The position numbers and the translations under genes are program-made. Of a stretch of DNA of 64,000 bases, positions 1 through 27,885 are shown in pieces. This DNA is from Paragordius varius (lineage: Eukaryota; Animalia; Nematomorpha): NCBI GenBank assembly GCA_964247055.1, contig OZ176055.1, positions 8,866,001 to 8,930,000 of the forward strand, given 5' to 3'. How positions within the stretch are numbered: position 1 is the first letter of the stretch; the number at the start of each line of letters is the position of its first letter. The notes under the pieces were generated by a model that saw only the letters and a program-made list of their open reading frames with translations, was not told the DNA's origin and searched no databases.

Positions 1-464
1 TTAATCACAAAATCTTACATAATTTTATTAAAAATTAGTTTAAGTGTTTTAGGACGCAAAAAAATGAATTTTTGTTTTTTAAAGATATACATTAAAAATT
101 GAAATTATACGGACAAAACGTAAAAATATAAAAACAAAAAATTTTTTTTTCAAGAGACATCCATACTTTTTTAAACCTTAATCTATCCTATAAAAATCAT
201 TTAATTACAATCATAAAATATATAATTAATGGCGTTAGCAATTTATATCACTATTTTATACTTTAAAGTTTAAAACAATCAGTTACACTTACAATTAAAA
301 TATCCAGCCAAAGTATAGTTGTCTTTTAGAAAAAAATATATTTTTCACTTGTCCTTATAATTTAAATTTTTACTGTACAAATTCATAAAAGTTAAATTCT
401 TAAAGGTTAAAATATTAAGAAATTTTATAACTGTTTGTTTTTATAAAAAAAATTAATACAATAC

Positions 465-3400
465 TTGTGAGGTTGAGTATCATTCGTAACACAATGATAA
501 CTAATTTTGCCAAAAAATTGGACACCATTCATGGCATACAAAGCCATGAAAAATAGGAAAAACAACGTCACATTATACACTTGTTGACTTGAACGCCTAA
601 AAACATATATAATATACTACCATTTACAATTCCAATTCACCCTTAAACAATTTAAATCCACCTTCGAACAATTCAAATTCACCGTTAAACATATATAAAT
701 ATATACCATTTACAATTCAAATTCACCCTTGAACAATTCAAATTTACCCTCGTTCTAATTCATCCTTAAACAAATGATATTCACCCTCGAACAATTAAAA
801 TTCACCCTTAAACAATTAAAAATCACCTTCATACAATTCAAATTCACCCTTGAAAAATTCAAATTCCCCCTCAAACAATTCAAATTCACCCTTAAACAAT
901 TCCAATTCCCCCTCAAACAAATTATATGTTAAAATTAAAATAAAACTGAAAAAATAATAAACTATGCCATAAAGATATATTTTATATTAATAATATGGTA
1001 TATTAGTTCGAAAACCATAATTTATTTTTAGGGTGAATTTGAATTGGTCGAGGGTGAATTAGAATTGTTAAAGGGTTAATATGAGCTGTAAATGGTTTAT
1101 TGAATCAAAAAAATTTTTATTGATAAAACATTAAAAATCAAAAATACAATAAAAATATTTTACAAATATAATAAAATATAACTTTTCGCTTAATTAGGCA
1201 AAACATAATAATTATAGGGTAATAATTTCAAAATAAAAACAAAAATATAAAAAACTTTTTTAATATCAAACAAAATGTTTTAAACGAATACAAAAAAAGT
1301 TTTTTTTTCATACATATTATTACTCCAAATTAAATAACTATAAAATCCTAATTTTTTAGGGGAAAACAAAATTCATATGAAAATATAAGGACTAAAGTTT
1401 TTTATAATTCAAACAAAATATCTTGAAAATATTTACTTGAAAATTTGATTAATCCTATTTTTGGGTAACTGGAATTTTAGTATTCGACTAAATAATCTCA
1501 CAATAATTAGAGGTCGGGGACATCTTATAATAGACCAGGGTTGTCTAACTTGAATCATGTGGAATGTTTCAAATACCTGGATAAATATAATATATATTTT
1601 AAAATAAAAATAATTAAATATTAAAAAACATAAAAAATTAATTTTTTTTGTATAAGAATACAATATATATTATTATTTGATCCTCAATTTTAGTTTTTAT
1701 AACCTTTGGGAAAAAAGTTATGAATGGGAAATTAAAAACTTTCTAATAACTATGAGTTTAATAAAAAAAATAAATAAATCTATAAATATATATATATTTT
1801 ACAGTAAAAATTTAAATTATACGGACAAAATGTGTGAAAGAAAATATAAAGACAAATATTTTTTATCTAACAGACAACCATACTTTTTAAATCTTGTTTT
1901 TTTTGAATATAAACTATTGTTTTATACTGCAAACTATAATATATAGTAATGTAAATTGCTAACACAATCAATTATGTATTTTACGATTAAAACTAAATGT
2001 TTCATATAGGGTAAATTTGGGTTTAAAACAAGTATGGGTTGTCTTTTGAAAATTTTTTTTTATCTTTATATTCTCACATTTTGTCCGTATAATTCAATTT
2101 TTACTGTAAAATAAAAAATTTTTAAATATAAAAAACACAAAAAATGATTTTTTTTTGTAGAAGAAAAAAATCTTTTATTTGATCCTCAAATTTAGTTATT
2201 TATAACCTTGGAAAAAAGTTACAAATGGAAAATTTAAAACTTTCTAATATAATTTAAATAAGATTATATATATATATATATATATATATACTAGAGACAA
2301 ATATTTTTTGATAATAAATAACCCTATTTTTAACTTAATTTTTTGCTATATGACTAATTTAGAGATCAATTAAAATTTATGAAATATTTCTATTCTTTAT
2401 TTTCTAGCAACCTAAAATAGATATCCAAAAAAATTAAAGTCAAAAAAAATATATTTAAGAAAATGCCCTTTTACTATTTATGTTTTATGTTTTATCTTTA
2501 TAATTCTGAATTTCGGATTGGTAAATTAATGTAAAAAAATTACTAGTACAATGTTTAAAAATTATTTTTTAAATAAAAATATTTTACCTGTAAAACGATA
2601 GAAGCCCATAAACAAATGACCATTACGAAATCAAATTTGGCCCATCTATCACCCCAAAACTTGCGTGGTTTCTGTTACAAAAATATATATAAAAAATTAA
2701 TTTTGATCGAATTTTTTCCCAAAGTTTATCAGATATTAAATAGTATCTATCTTGCTTTAAGTGGGTAAATTTTATTATATTAAAAAAATTATCCTTAAAT
2801 TTGTGTAATATCGCTAAATAACAAAAAATAAACCTAATTTTAAATGTAGAATAATGATTTTAATATATTCTGTTGCAAATAATAATAGTTTGATAAAACT
2901 AAGATTTGGAAGTCAAAAAACCTTTTATATAAGATTTTAATATACTCTGGTTTATTTTGTCTGATAAAATTAATGCCAAAAAATGACATAAGACAAAAAT
3001 TAATATACCATTTACAATTCAAATTTACACTTGAACAATTCAAATTCACCTTTGAACAATCCAAATTCACCCTAAAAATAAATTATGTGTTTTCGAACTT
3101 ATATAACTCATTATTAATATGAAATAGTTTTTACGATTTTTTCAGTTTTATTTTAACAAAATTTCATATTTTAAAAAATAAAGTTAATTTTTTAACCTTT
3201 AAAAAACACATTATTTGTTTTTGGGTGAATTTGAATTGTTCGAGGGTGAATTTGAACTGTAAATGGTATATTACCTGTTCAGTCATCCGTTGAATGAATT
3301 CGACCGAAAACACAAGAGCGCAAAAGAAATCGATCGAGAACGTTACATAGTTTAAAAATGGGTGCTGAATTAAGGTAACAGGCGTATTTATGCAAACGGA

Positions 3401-3635
3401 AAGTAGGGATAAGATGGCGCATAGCCGTATGCATCCGTTAAAAATTGGACCTTTTAACCAGGATCGGTCACTTTTGAAGTCCTTGAAGTTTTCGGCGAGA
3501 CCAATAAAATCGGGATATATACTGGGTTCACGTAACAAAGATTGTTTTCGATTAAGGGCTGAAAATACAGCGGCACTTGCCCTAAATATCAATAAATTGA
3601 ATAAACCTTAAAGATCGTTTAAAAGAATTATTCAT
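465..3635 (-). CDS. NALCN: Sodium leak channel NALCN, 5' part; gene continues beyond the left edge. Exons 3635-3607, 3581-3275, 2671-2588, 1576-1437, 596-465
   Basis: Spliced translation LNRKQS...IRLCAILSLLSVCINTP...DRWAKFDFVMVICLWASIVLQ|VFE...RCPRPLIIVR...LPKNRINQIFKRSSQQ...GVQFFG...HCVTNDT matches the NALCN N-terminus and domain I from recall. All junctions are GT-AG with compatible phases. The first exon (MNNSFKRSLR) and its 25-nt intron are less certain. Confidence 0.95.
1802..2106. mobile_element. MITE family A (about 280-300 bp, long TIRs, Tc1/mariner-type TA|CAGT ends), representative copy
   Basis: TIR CAGTAAAAATTGAAATTATACGGACAAAACGTAAAAATATAAAGACAAATA...GACAACCATACTTTT flanked by TA. 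Other approximate copies: 90-375, 4700-4950, 5500-5770, 6945-7212, 16318-16770, 19318-19590, 24868-25342, 28060-28350, 32485-32738, 38327-38601, 41087-41370, 41570-41840, 51361-51640, 58892-59136. Confidence 0.9.
3004..3270. mobile_element. MITE family B (TATA-CCATTTACA ends, 21-nt subterminal tandem repeats), representative copy
   Basis: Inverted ends TACCATTTACAATTCAAATTCACCC and repeats of GAACAATTCAAATTCACCCTT. Other approximate copies: 615-1095, 11735-12082, 16443-16628, 22768-23229, 25957-26214, 30092-30345, 54788-55041, 56008-56243, 56587-56844, 57259-57530, 59588-59878, partial 63565-63632. Superfamily not determined. Confidence 0.88.
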
Positions 3636-3913
3636 AGGAAAAAGGAGAAAAAAACAGAAAATATATTGTTAATACATCTCCTACTAATTGGAAAAATGTT
3701 TTTACATATAAAACACGAAAATTATTACAAGACTAATTAACAGAGATAAATTTTATATGTTTGTAAAACAAACCTATCAGCCATTAGGTGGTATATTCCT
3801 TTAGTTGTACCATATCGGAATTATCGATCGATTTTTGCAATATTTTAAAATGCTTCCATATGGGTTTTTTGAAATAATGAATGAACCCCACACATCATCC
3901 ATAAGAAAATAAT
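3636..3913. promoter_or_regulatory. Probable bidirectional promoter between NALCN and HSDL2
   Basis: Divergent start codons 278 bp apart; inferred from gene geometry only. Confidence 0.55.
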
Positions 3914-6111
3914 ATGTTGAAAAATGCTGTAGTTTTAATTACTGGAGCATCTCGTGGGATAGGGGCTGAGTTTGCAAAATGCTTAGCTAAACAAAATGCA
4001 AATTTAATTCTTTTAGCTAAGACACTCGAATCACATCCAAAACTTGAAGGTTCATTAAACTCCGTGGCAAAAGAAAGTTAAATACCAAATTGTAATGTAA
4101 ATTTTAAGTTTCGAAATATAACGATAATGTTAAATGTCTCCCCATAGCTTGCGACATACGAGATGCCGAACAAGTTAAATCTGCCATTGATACAGCTATG
4201 AAAAGTTTTGAAAGTATGCATTTTGTTTTAAACATGTATAATAGAAATTGACATTCTTATAAACAATGCAAGTGCCATAGATTTATCGAATATTGAAACG
4301 CTCCCCGTCAAAAAATATGATTTAATCCATGACATTAACATTAAAGGAACATATTCTGTGTAAATAATATATTTCTTTAATCTATCAGCATAACTCAATC
4401 ATTACCATATCTTTTGAAAAGTAAATCTGCTCAGGTCGTTACTCTAAGTCCTCCTATAAATACCACAAATCCCATTTGGTTTACTAAACATTTAGGGTAC
4501 ACTCAATCGAAATATGCAATGTCATTGCTTACTCTAGCCTTTGCCGAAGAATATAAAGGCAAAATTAAATTCTTTTCACTATGGCCTAAAACAGGTGGTT
4601 GATTTAACTTAAATAAAATTATTTGCATGATTACGGTTTTTTAAGTTATAAATGCTATGTTGCGCTATATGTATGACAACTGTGACCGTGCTTTTTTAAA
4701 AAACAAAATTGAAATTATACGGACCAAACGTGAAAATATAAAGACAAATATTTTTTTTCAAAAAAACCATACTTTTTAATCTTGATTTTTTTTAATATAA
4801 CTCACTTCAAAGTATAATATAGAGGTAACACAATCAATGTATTGTAATTAAATGTTATTTATAGGATAAATTAAGGTTTAAAAAGTATGGTTGTATTTAG
4901 AAAAAAATTCTGTCTTTATATTTTTACATTTTGTCCGTATCAATTTTTACGGATTAATCAAATAAATTTATAGTAATAAAAAAATATTATAACTCTTAAA
5001 TCTATCTTTTATATGAACAACTAATAATTTAATTTTAAAATTGAGACCTTTATAGAAAATTACTTATTTAACATGTATAAATATTGTAATATCTAAGTCG
5101 TATATAATTTATTTTCCTCTATTTTTACATCCATGTGATATCATTCTTAACTATGCATTTATCTAATTTTATTGGATCCGAAGTTTTTTATATCTATCTT
5201 AATAAATCCAAACAATATTTGATTTTCATTTTATTTTCCTTTCAAGCCATTTACACTTCCGCTATGGAACTTTTAACCGGGGGCGTTGATTGCAAAAACA
5301 TTTGTCGAAAACCGCAAATTATGTCTGATGCCCTCTTACATTTATTAAACGATGAAAAAACTCAAAGCGGTCAATGTTATGTGGATGAGCAAGTTTTAAC
5401 TCAAAAAGGTGTGACTGATTTTACTCAATATTCATGTGTACCTGGTCAGGTTATTTTTTATAAATATTATATAAATAATTACAGAAATTTAATTTTTTGA
5501 GGAAAAAAAAGCAAAAATTAAAGACAAATATTTTTTTCTAGAAGACAACCATACTTTTATAAACCGTAATTTTCCTCACATAAATTATAAAATTACAATT
5601 GTAAAATATATAATTGATTGTGTAACCAATTTACATATCAATTTTATACTTTTCAATTTAAAACAATGAATCATCTTTTTAAAAATGAAGTTAGAAAAGT
5701 ATGGTTGTCTTTTAGAAAAAAAGATTTCTCTTCATATATTTAGGTTTTGTCCGTATTTCATTTTTTACTGTATAAATTACAAAAATTTAACTTAAAAGAT
5801 AAAACGCCAAAATTAAAGACATTTTTTAACCTTATTTTGTATAATATACCCAAGTACATTGCTAAATAAGAAAATAGAGATTAATTGATAAATCATTCAT
5901 TTATATGCGACACACAATGTAGAATCAATATTATATAATTAAGGTGGTTTGTATGGATGTGTTTTTTTAATTATTTTTAATTTTTTCAAAATTTAAAATT
6001 AAATTTTTTTACTGTAATCCTTTTTTTCTAATTCATTCACTTGATAAATAAAATATTATTTTATTTTCGCTCTAGGAAAAGAATTTATGGACAGACCTAT
6101 TTTTGGATTGA
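3914..6111 (+). CDS. HSDL2: Hydroxysteroid dehydrogenase-like protein 2 (SDR family). Exons 3914-4076, 4109-4213, 4245-4359, 4389-4594, 5247-5449, 6076-6111
   Basis: ITGASRGIG nucleotide-binding motif, LAKTLESHPKLEG, DILINNAS, YTQSKY catalytic YxxxK, LWPKTAIYT, CRKPQIMSDA, ending TDLFLD-stop. Phases are consistent through five GT-AG introns. Confidence 0.93.
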
Positions 6112-6726
6112 GAAGGATTTGCTTATTATTAAATGAATATTTAAAGTATTATAACACTAATTTTGATCAATAATTAATAAATAAATTATTTATTCTAATT
6201 GTAATGTGTGTGTGGGGGGGTATTGTAAATTAAAAATGGAATGTTATATATAGAGAATTGTAATTATAAAATTGGAGATATATATTCTGACTGTGATGAT
6301 TGATTATCTTGTAAAATAAGAATATATATATATATATATATATGCAAAAAATGTATTATAAATATCTTAAAAACATATTAAAAAATTATCAAGCCGTATA
6401 ATAATGTTCGCCAAAAAAGTATATTTTTATATATTGCCAAGTATATCATACAAAAAAATAAAGCTATATATATGTTAAAATGCATGGTCAAAAAAGGACA
6501 GAATAATTCTGTACTATGTTATAAAATTACATATTTTCTTTTCTTTCAAAACTAGAGTTTTTTTAGCGTCCTAAATGCATTAAAGTCTTTTATAAAAAGC
6601 ATTTTTTTCCCCAACAAAGTGTTTATTGTTGGTTTTTTATAAATGCATAGTTTATTATTCATTTTTAATGGATTTTATGGCAATAAGGGGTCTTTACAAA
6701 AGAATAATTGGACTTCTTACAAGGGA

Positions 6727-9700
6727 TTAAAATCGACTTTTTATCATACTCATTTCCCGTTCCTCCATAAATTTAGCTTCCTCGTATTCCATGATTCTTT
6801 TGTAATTTTTTATGTGGGCATAATTGGCTGCGAGGCACATTAAGAAATGTACCTGAAAATAAATTAAAATTAAATTATTCAAAAAAATTAATTAAAATAT
6901 CAATGATTTTATTTTTGTAAAATTAATCATTAAGTTAATCGGTAATTCGAATTTAATATAAGACAAATATTTTTTTTCAAAAAGACAAGCATACTTTTTA
7001 AATCTTGATTTTTTACAATTTTAAATAATTGTTAAAAATTGCAAAGTATGCAATAGAGATGTATATTGGTAACACAATTAATTATATATTTTATAATCGT
7101 GAAAAAATTAATTTATATGGGAAAAATTTAGATTCAAAAATTAGGTTATCTTTTAGAAAAAAAAATGTCTTTATATTTTTACGTTTTGTGCGTAAAAATT
7201 CAGTGTTTACTGTAATTATGGTAATAATCGGTAACTCTAATTTCAGACCTTTTTAGACACTTATCTAAGGTTATTTATTTAAAATTTAAGCCTTTTTTGA
7301 AAAAAAACCGGTTTAAACGTTGATATTTTTACTAAATATTTTTTTAAAACTTATCTTCAAACTAAAGGTATTTAATATAATTATAGCGATAAAACTATAT
7401 CCTTGGAATAATTATTCAACAATATATATAATCTGAAAAAAATTTCCCCGTGTAAATTGTTAAAATAAGATTTTTTTCAATATTTTATGTTAAATCTAGA
7501 GGTTAAATTCAATTCAATTTCAAAAATAATCTTATAAAAATCTATAGTACATACCAATCCTAAAACTACAAACAATGCCGCAATCGTAGCAACTATGTAA
7601 AGGGATAAACTATTTTGCGTCTAAATATAAAGCGAATAAAAAAATAAAATTAATTACAAAAGTTTTTAAAATAATAAATTTAATTTTTAATATAAAAAAA
7701 TAAAATCAAATAAAAAAGTATTTATTTACGTAATAAAAATTTAAAAAAATTAATTATAAAAATTACACAATGTGAAAAAAAATACTTACATAATTACAAA
7801 ATTGTACAAAAGATTGTCCACAAGGTATGTTATAACGCGTATCATATTTGCCACCCATAAAAAATTCTAATATGGATAAAATATTTGAAAAAATATAAAT
7901 ATTTTATAAAAAATAAAATAATTATTTTTTTTTGTAATAATTAATTTATTTAAAATCTATCTTTTGCAATTATTGACATTTAAATTTTTAAATAAATACA
8001 TTTTTTTCTAAGGGTATCCTACAAAGTTTTAAAAATTAGTCAAAAAATAAAAAAAATGTTCTTGAATTTATAAAACAACACTTTTAAAAAAAGGTAATAA
8101 AACTTTTTTAAATTGTCAATATACGATATAAACACCGTAAAAAATTATTAATCCTGTAAAAAGTGAAGAATAAATTTCAAAATATTTTTTTAAAAAAATA
8201 CTATAATTATCCAAATGTAATATATGCGGCCTGTCTCTGGCTCATATAATATCATAATCTATTTATATCCAAATTAAATTAAAAACTTTTAAAAAGTTAA
8301 AAAATCATATAAAAAGCTAAATTTCGAAAAACATATATATAAAAAAAACTACAAAATTCTTTAAAAATTAGTATAAAAAAAGTATACTATAATTATCCAA
8401 ATTTAGACATGTAGCCTGTGTTGGATTCGCATGATTTGACATAAAGAGTGGATTATTAGGATTATTGGAATTAAGATTATTTATGTTTAAAAAATCAGGT
8501 GATCGCGATTGAAATGATGGTAATGCCAAGTTTTGATTTTGCATGAGTCGCATTCGATTAACATAGCAATTGGATAGCAAAACACCCAATATAAAGCATA
8601 AAATACTCATGGAACACAGGATAAAGAACCATATAAGCATGAGAACATAAGTTACAATCATAAACTATAATAAAAGTATATGTAAAGGAATTTATATTTA
8701 TATAATTAATAAAAAAAACTTTTGGGCTTGTTAAAAAAACATATTAAAACGGTTCGGAATAGTTTTATAATAGTTCAAAGAATTTTTTTACTTTAAACGT
8801 GTAGTTTGAATTTTTGCTAAAAAAATTTTATTTTCCATTTATGCACAAAGATATCTCAACTATTTTGATATTTTGGTAAAAACCTATAATTTAACAAATT
8901 AAACCCTGCTATAAAAAACCTTAAATAAACTCGCTTATACAAATACCAGGATAAAATATTATAAAACCCCGGTGTGTTAGTATTACAATAAAACCCTTTA
9001 ATTAGTGGTTTAAGTTACTTTAAAAACAAAATTTTAACCGCAATCTATAATGATAATTTTAAACAATTTTGTAAGATTTATAAAATTGGATATTTATTAC
9101 AAATATTAAGAAAGTCCTTCCACTTATACATGGTTTAAAGTTATATAAAAAAAACTATTTTATAAAAAAAAATAAGATATTTCCTTACGAAAATTAAGGA
9201 GATCCTTCCACTTATACGAGATTTGTGTCCTTTATATATGGTGACACGTGTCGCGCCCGTAGTCAGGAATCCCAAAATTAGCAATAAAACTGAAATGGTT
9301 CCCATGGTTGAAGCCACAACTATAAAAGCCGTTCTTATATGATCCAATCTAAATATTTATGCATGTAAGGGTAAAAAAATGTAATTTTTATTATTAAAAA
9401 TAAATATTTAGTTAAGATTACAATGAAATTTTTAATATTTTTATGATCTGATCTGCATTATGCCAAAAAGTAAATTACACAAGGATTTAGAGACCATATT
9501 TATTTTTTTATTTATATAATTTATTCAACGAAATTATAGAAAAAAATTTAAATATCAAATGAAAATAAGAGTAAAATATAGGGAAAGGGTTAAAAATTGT
9601 CGAACAACCCGAATATTAATACATTTATATATTATTTATTTTAATGAATATATGTGCCAAAAAGATAAAGAATAGGGGAAAATAAAGATAAAAGCAGTCA

Positions 9701-10056
9701 AGTTATACATTAAGGCTAGTGTATTTATGAAAAAGTCATTTAACGCTTGTGAATTAAAATTGAATTTTAAATCTTATATTATTTAGGCAATTAGAAAATC
9801 AAAAAAGATGGTTGTCACGTTGATTTTGTATAATTTAAATTTATTGAATGCTATACAAAACCAATATTAAGTGGGGCAAAAATAGTTTTTAAAGTAATAA
9901 TCCTTACGCAGTCAATTTTATGTGAAAACTAGTTTCCATTTGTATAAGAGTTATGGAAACGGCCTCCCACATCGTTCCACAGAAAAGACCAATCCCAATC
10001 AAGGTCAATACAAATGCAATGAGAGATGCATAAGGAATTCGTGTTAAACAATTCAT
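6727..10056 (-). CDS. M6: Proteolipid protein M6 (PLP/DM20/GPM6 family, four transmembrane segments). Exons 10056-9908, 9348-9189, 8664-8388, 7866-7790, 7620-7555, 6852-6727
   Basis: MNCLTRIPYASLIA..., GFLTTGATRVTIYKGHKSRISGRIS and VHFLMCLAANYAHIK match M6 family motifs from recall. Four hydrophobic segments; consistent GT-AG phases. Confidence 0.92.
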
Positions 10057-10173
10057 TGATGCTAAAATTTTAGAATTCAGTTTTACTCATTATTGAGGCG
10101 TAAAAAATTATCGGTCACTACATATGTTTGGAATGTATGCGTGGTAATATATCATCATTACCAAAAAAAAGTC
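10057..10173. promoter_or_regulatory. Probable bidirectional promoter or overlapping 5' UTRs of M6 and UCKL1
   Basis: Divergent ATGs only 117 bp apart; inferred from geometry. Confidence 0.5.
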
Positions 10174-24636
<14,463 letters not shown>

Positions 24637-26758
24637 TAAACTTATTTATTTTTGTTATACAAATCTTATAACTTTAGAACTCTTTTTTTCCAATCATGAT
24701 AAATAAACCATTATTCATAAAATTAGTTAAATTTTTACTATAATTTTTATAAGTTTTAAACAAGCTCGCGTTAAATTAGCCAATATCAATAGAATAATAC
24801 CAAAAAATTTGATGCATACGTGCTATAGCCCATTAAAACAGTATTTGATTTTATACCCATGATTTTACAGTAAAAATTGAAATTATACAGGCAAAACATT
24901 AAAATTAAAGGACCAATATTTTTGAAAAGACACAACCACACTCATTTAAACTTTGAATGATATTTCCTACATAAATTATATACATACAAATTATTTGAAT
25001 TACAGTATGAGTAAGTATACATTGCTAGAAAGTTATTAATTATTGCCAAATAGCAAATACAACAAAGAGCACTATTATAAGCTAATAATAGTAAAAATTA
25101 TTAAAAAATAACTAGCCAATAATACTTCCCTTTGATGTATTTACTATTTGGCAATAATTAATAACTTTGTAGCAATGTATACATACAAATTTTTTGAATT
25201 ATAAAATTGACATCTCTATAGATTTATTTGGCTACCCAATGAGATTAAGTTTTATTAAAATAAAAGGAAATTTTGTCTTTTACAAAAAATATATTTAGTC
25301 TTTTAATTTATGTTACTGTCTGTATAATTTTTATTTTTACTGTACGTTTTATAACTTTTTTTTTCAAGCATTATTAAAGGAATCAATCATAGCAATTATA
25401 TCCATTTGTATATATATCTATGCGCGGTATAGCTTAATTATTGTTTTGAAATCTTTTTTTTTCATATCCAACCAACAATTATCAATTAGAAATAACCATT
25501 TTTTACTCGTAAAAAGTTTTATATTAACCTCTTTGATTGATATTATTATGATATTATGTAATTACGCATTAAATTTTATACTATACTTTATATATTTATA
25601 TATAAATAATGAATAAATGAATAAAATTTATGTAATCGATGTTTTATTATCATAATGCTAGGTTTTTTATAGTTAATACTATACTTTATATTAGGATCAC
25701 TTCGAAAGAAAGATCTATTTTAAATTGTATTAAAAAAATTGCGCGTTATATAAAAAAAATATTTTACGGTGTCGCTTATGATCTTGAAACACTGTTTAGA
25801 GCAGGGTTTTTTTACAAATCACGTTAGGTATTAGCAAATTACATAAGGGAATCGACAAGATTTTCATTAGAATTTAAACACGAGACACTGTAAAACCTAC
25901 TTAATTTATTTTTGCTAGTTGCTTTCCGAAATTCAGAAAGAGTTGTTGAGAAATTATACCATTTACAATTTAAATTCAAATCCACCCTTGAACAATTTAA
26001 ATTTACCCCAAAAATGAATTATGTCTTTTCGGACACCTAATATAAATCATCATTATTATGAAATATATTTTTACGACATAGTTTATTATTTTTTCAGCAT
26101 TATATTTATTTTTAAACACAAATCCATATTTTAAATTTTTTTTTTAAAATAAAGGTAATTTTTAATCTTAAAAACACATAATTTATTTTAGAGTGAATTT
26201 GAATCTATATGGTATAAGAAAATCTTTTTTATTTTCGATGTGAAATTTGGCATTTCTCGCGGGGTGCCGGCCGCATGAAGAAATATTACTGTTTCACATT
26301 CAATGACTTTAGATTTTTTCTATTTGAAAGTTTACATAGTTATTTCAAATAATGTTACAATAAACCCTTTCTAACTAACGATAAGAAGTCGCCTCCAAGG
26401 CATATCGGATAAGAATAAAAAATCACAGAAAATTAATACATTGTAATTGAAGTGTCAATTAGAACTATGATTGATTCGTAGTTTTCACATTTCCAAAGTA
26501 GACTGTACATAATATTACAATAGGGCATAGATTTTTGCGTCCTCGTATATATATTTACATTACAGTCAATGTTTAATTTTGATATACTGAGTATTCTTTT
26601 TACTATGTATGACAATTTTTTATTTTGTTTAAAAGTAAGTTGCCTCGCTGGTATATTAATAATTACATGTACATATATATATTATTACCTAATACTTTTT
26701 TATATAACGCTTAAATAATGGCGAAATTCTTACAGTTTAATGTTTAAATTTACTTAAT

Positions 26759-27885
26759 GGGTGGAGTGAATAAAAAAAAGGAAACCCTTTAAGTGTTTCC
26801 TGTGCTCACTTTTTCAAAGAAAGGGTTTCCTTATAATTCATATAAAAAACACATCTGATTAACTCTCGAGTTTCCTTAAACCATGCCTAAAACCAATATA
26901 AATGTACCTAAAGAAAAATTGAGACTTCTTCTTGCAAAGTAACTTAATATTTAATATTTTAGATATCCCATAGTTTTTAACAAATCTATGGTACCGTATA
27001 TTGTAATTCAAAAAAAGAAGCTTATAAAAATCTACAAAATGATTTGTTGACAGAAACAAAGAATTATTATGATATAGATCAGATATAGCGATAGATATGA
27101 AAACTTCAATCAAAAAAATATGATTTAAATAATACAGGAAAAAGATCGCACGAAATCTGAGGGAATATTCCTAAATTCTTAACGCACAGAATCGAAAGAA
27201 TTTTTAAATTATTATGACAATCTAATTCACATTTTATATTAAATAATAAATAGATTAAAGTTTATTTATACATTTTTTTATGATAAAATAATAGTTTGTA
27301 TAATTTTCATTTAACAAGAATAACATAAGAAACTGATTGACTTAAAATATTTTTGAGGCTTGCATATACTAAAAAATGAGATTTGTTCGTTAATCTAAAT
27401 CAGGAAAAAGTATTTTGTCATAAAGTTTATTGTTTGATTATTAAATCGTAGAATTTGTTTCATAGATAATTGATTCTCTTATATCTTTTTTTGTTTCTTA
27501 TCTAAGATCGTTGAGCAAACATTTAGTTTCTACGCTGTATTCCAAATATACTAGAAAAATCTAAAATGTATAAAAATTACTTTGAAAATTGAAATTTAAA
27601 CTTATCGAATCTAATATCAAAACCGTATTAGCTCTAATTGCCTTGTTTGATCCTCTACTATCGATTGTTATAAAATTTATAAATATTTAAGGATGGTATT
27701 TAGCATCCTAAAAAATATGTAGGGTTTCCTTTAATAAATTTTTTTATTCACTTGAAAACAAGTGTTTCCTTAAAAATCTAATGTTAATTTTTTTAGGGTT
27801 TCCTTAGCTATTTATTCACTCAAATTAAGGAATCTCTTAAAAAGCTAAGGAAAGAGTGTTTCCTTTTTTTTTATTCACTCCACCC
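26759..27885. mobile_element. Non-autonomous TIR element, PIF/Harbinger-like
   Basis: TIR GGGTGGAGTGAATAAAAAAAAGGAAAC at both ends, 3-bp AAT TSD, reiterated subterminal motifs. Superfamily inferred from GGG ends and 3-bp TSD. Confidence 0.7.
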
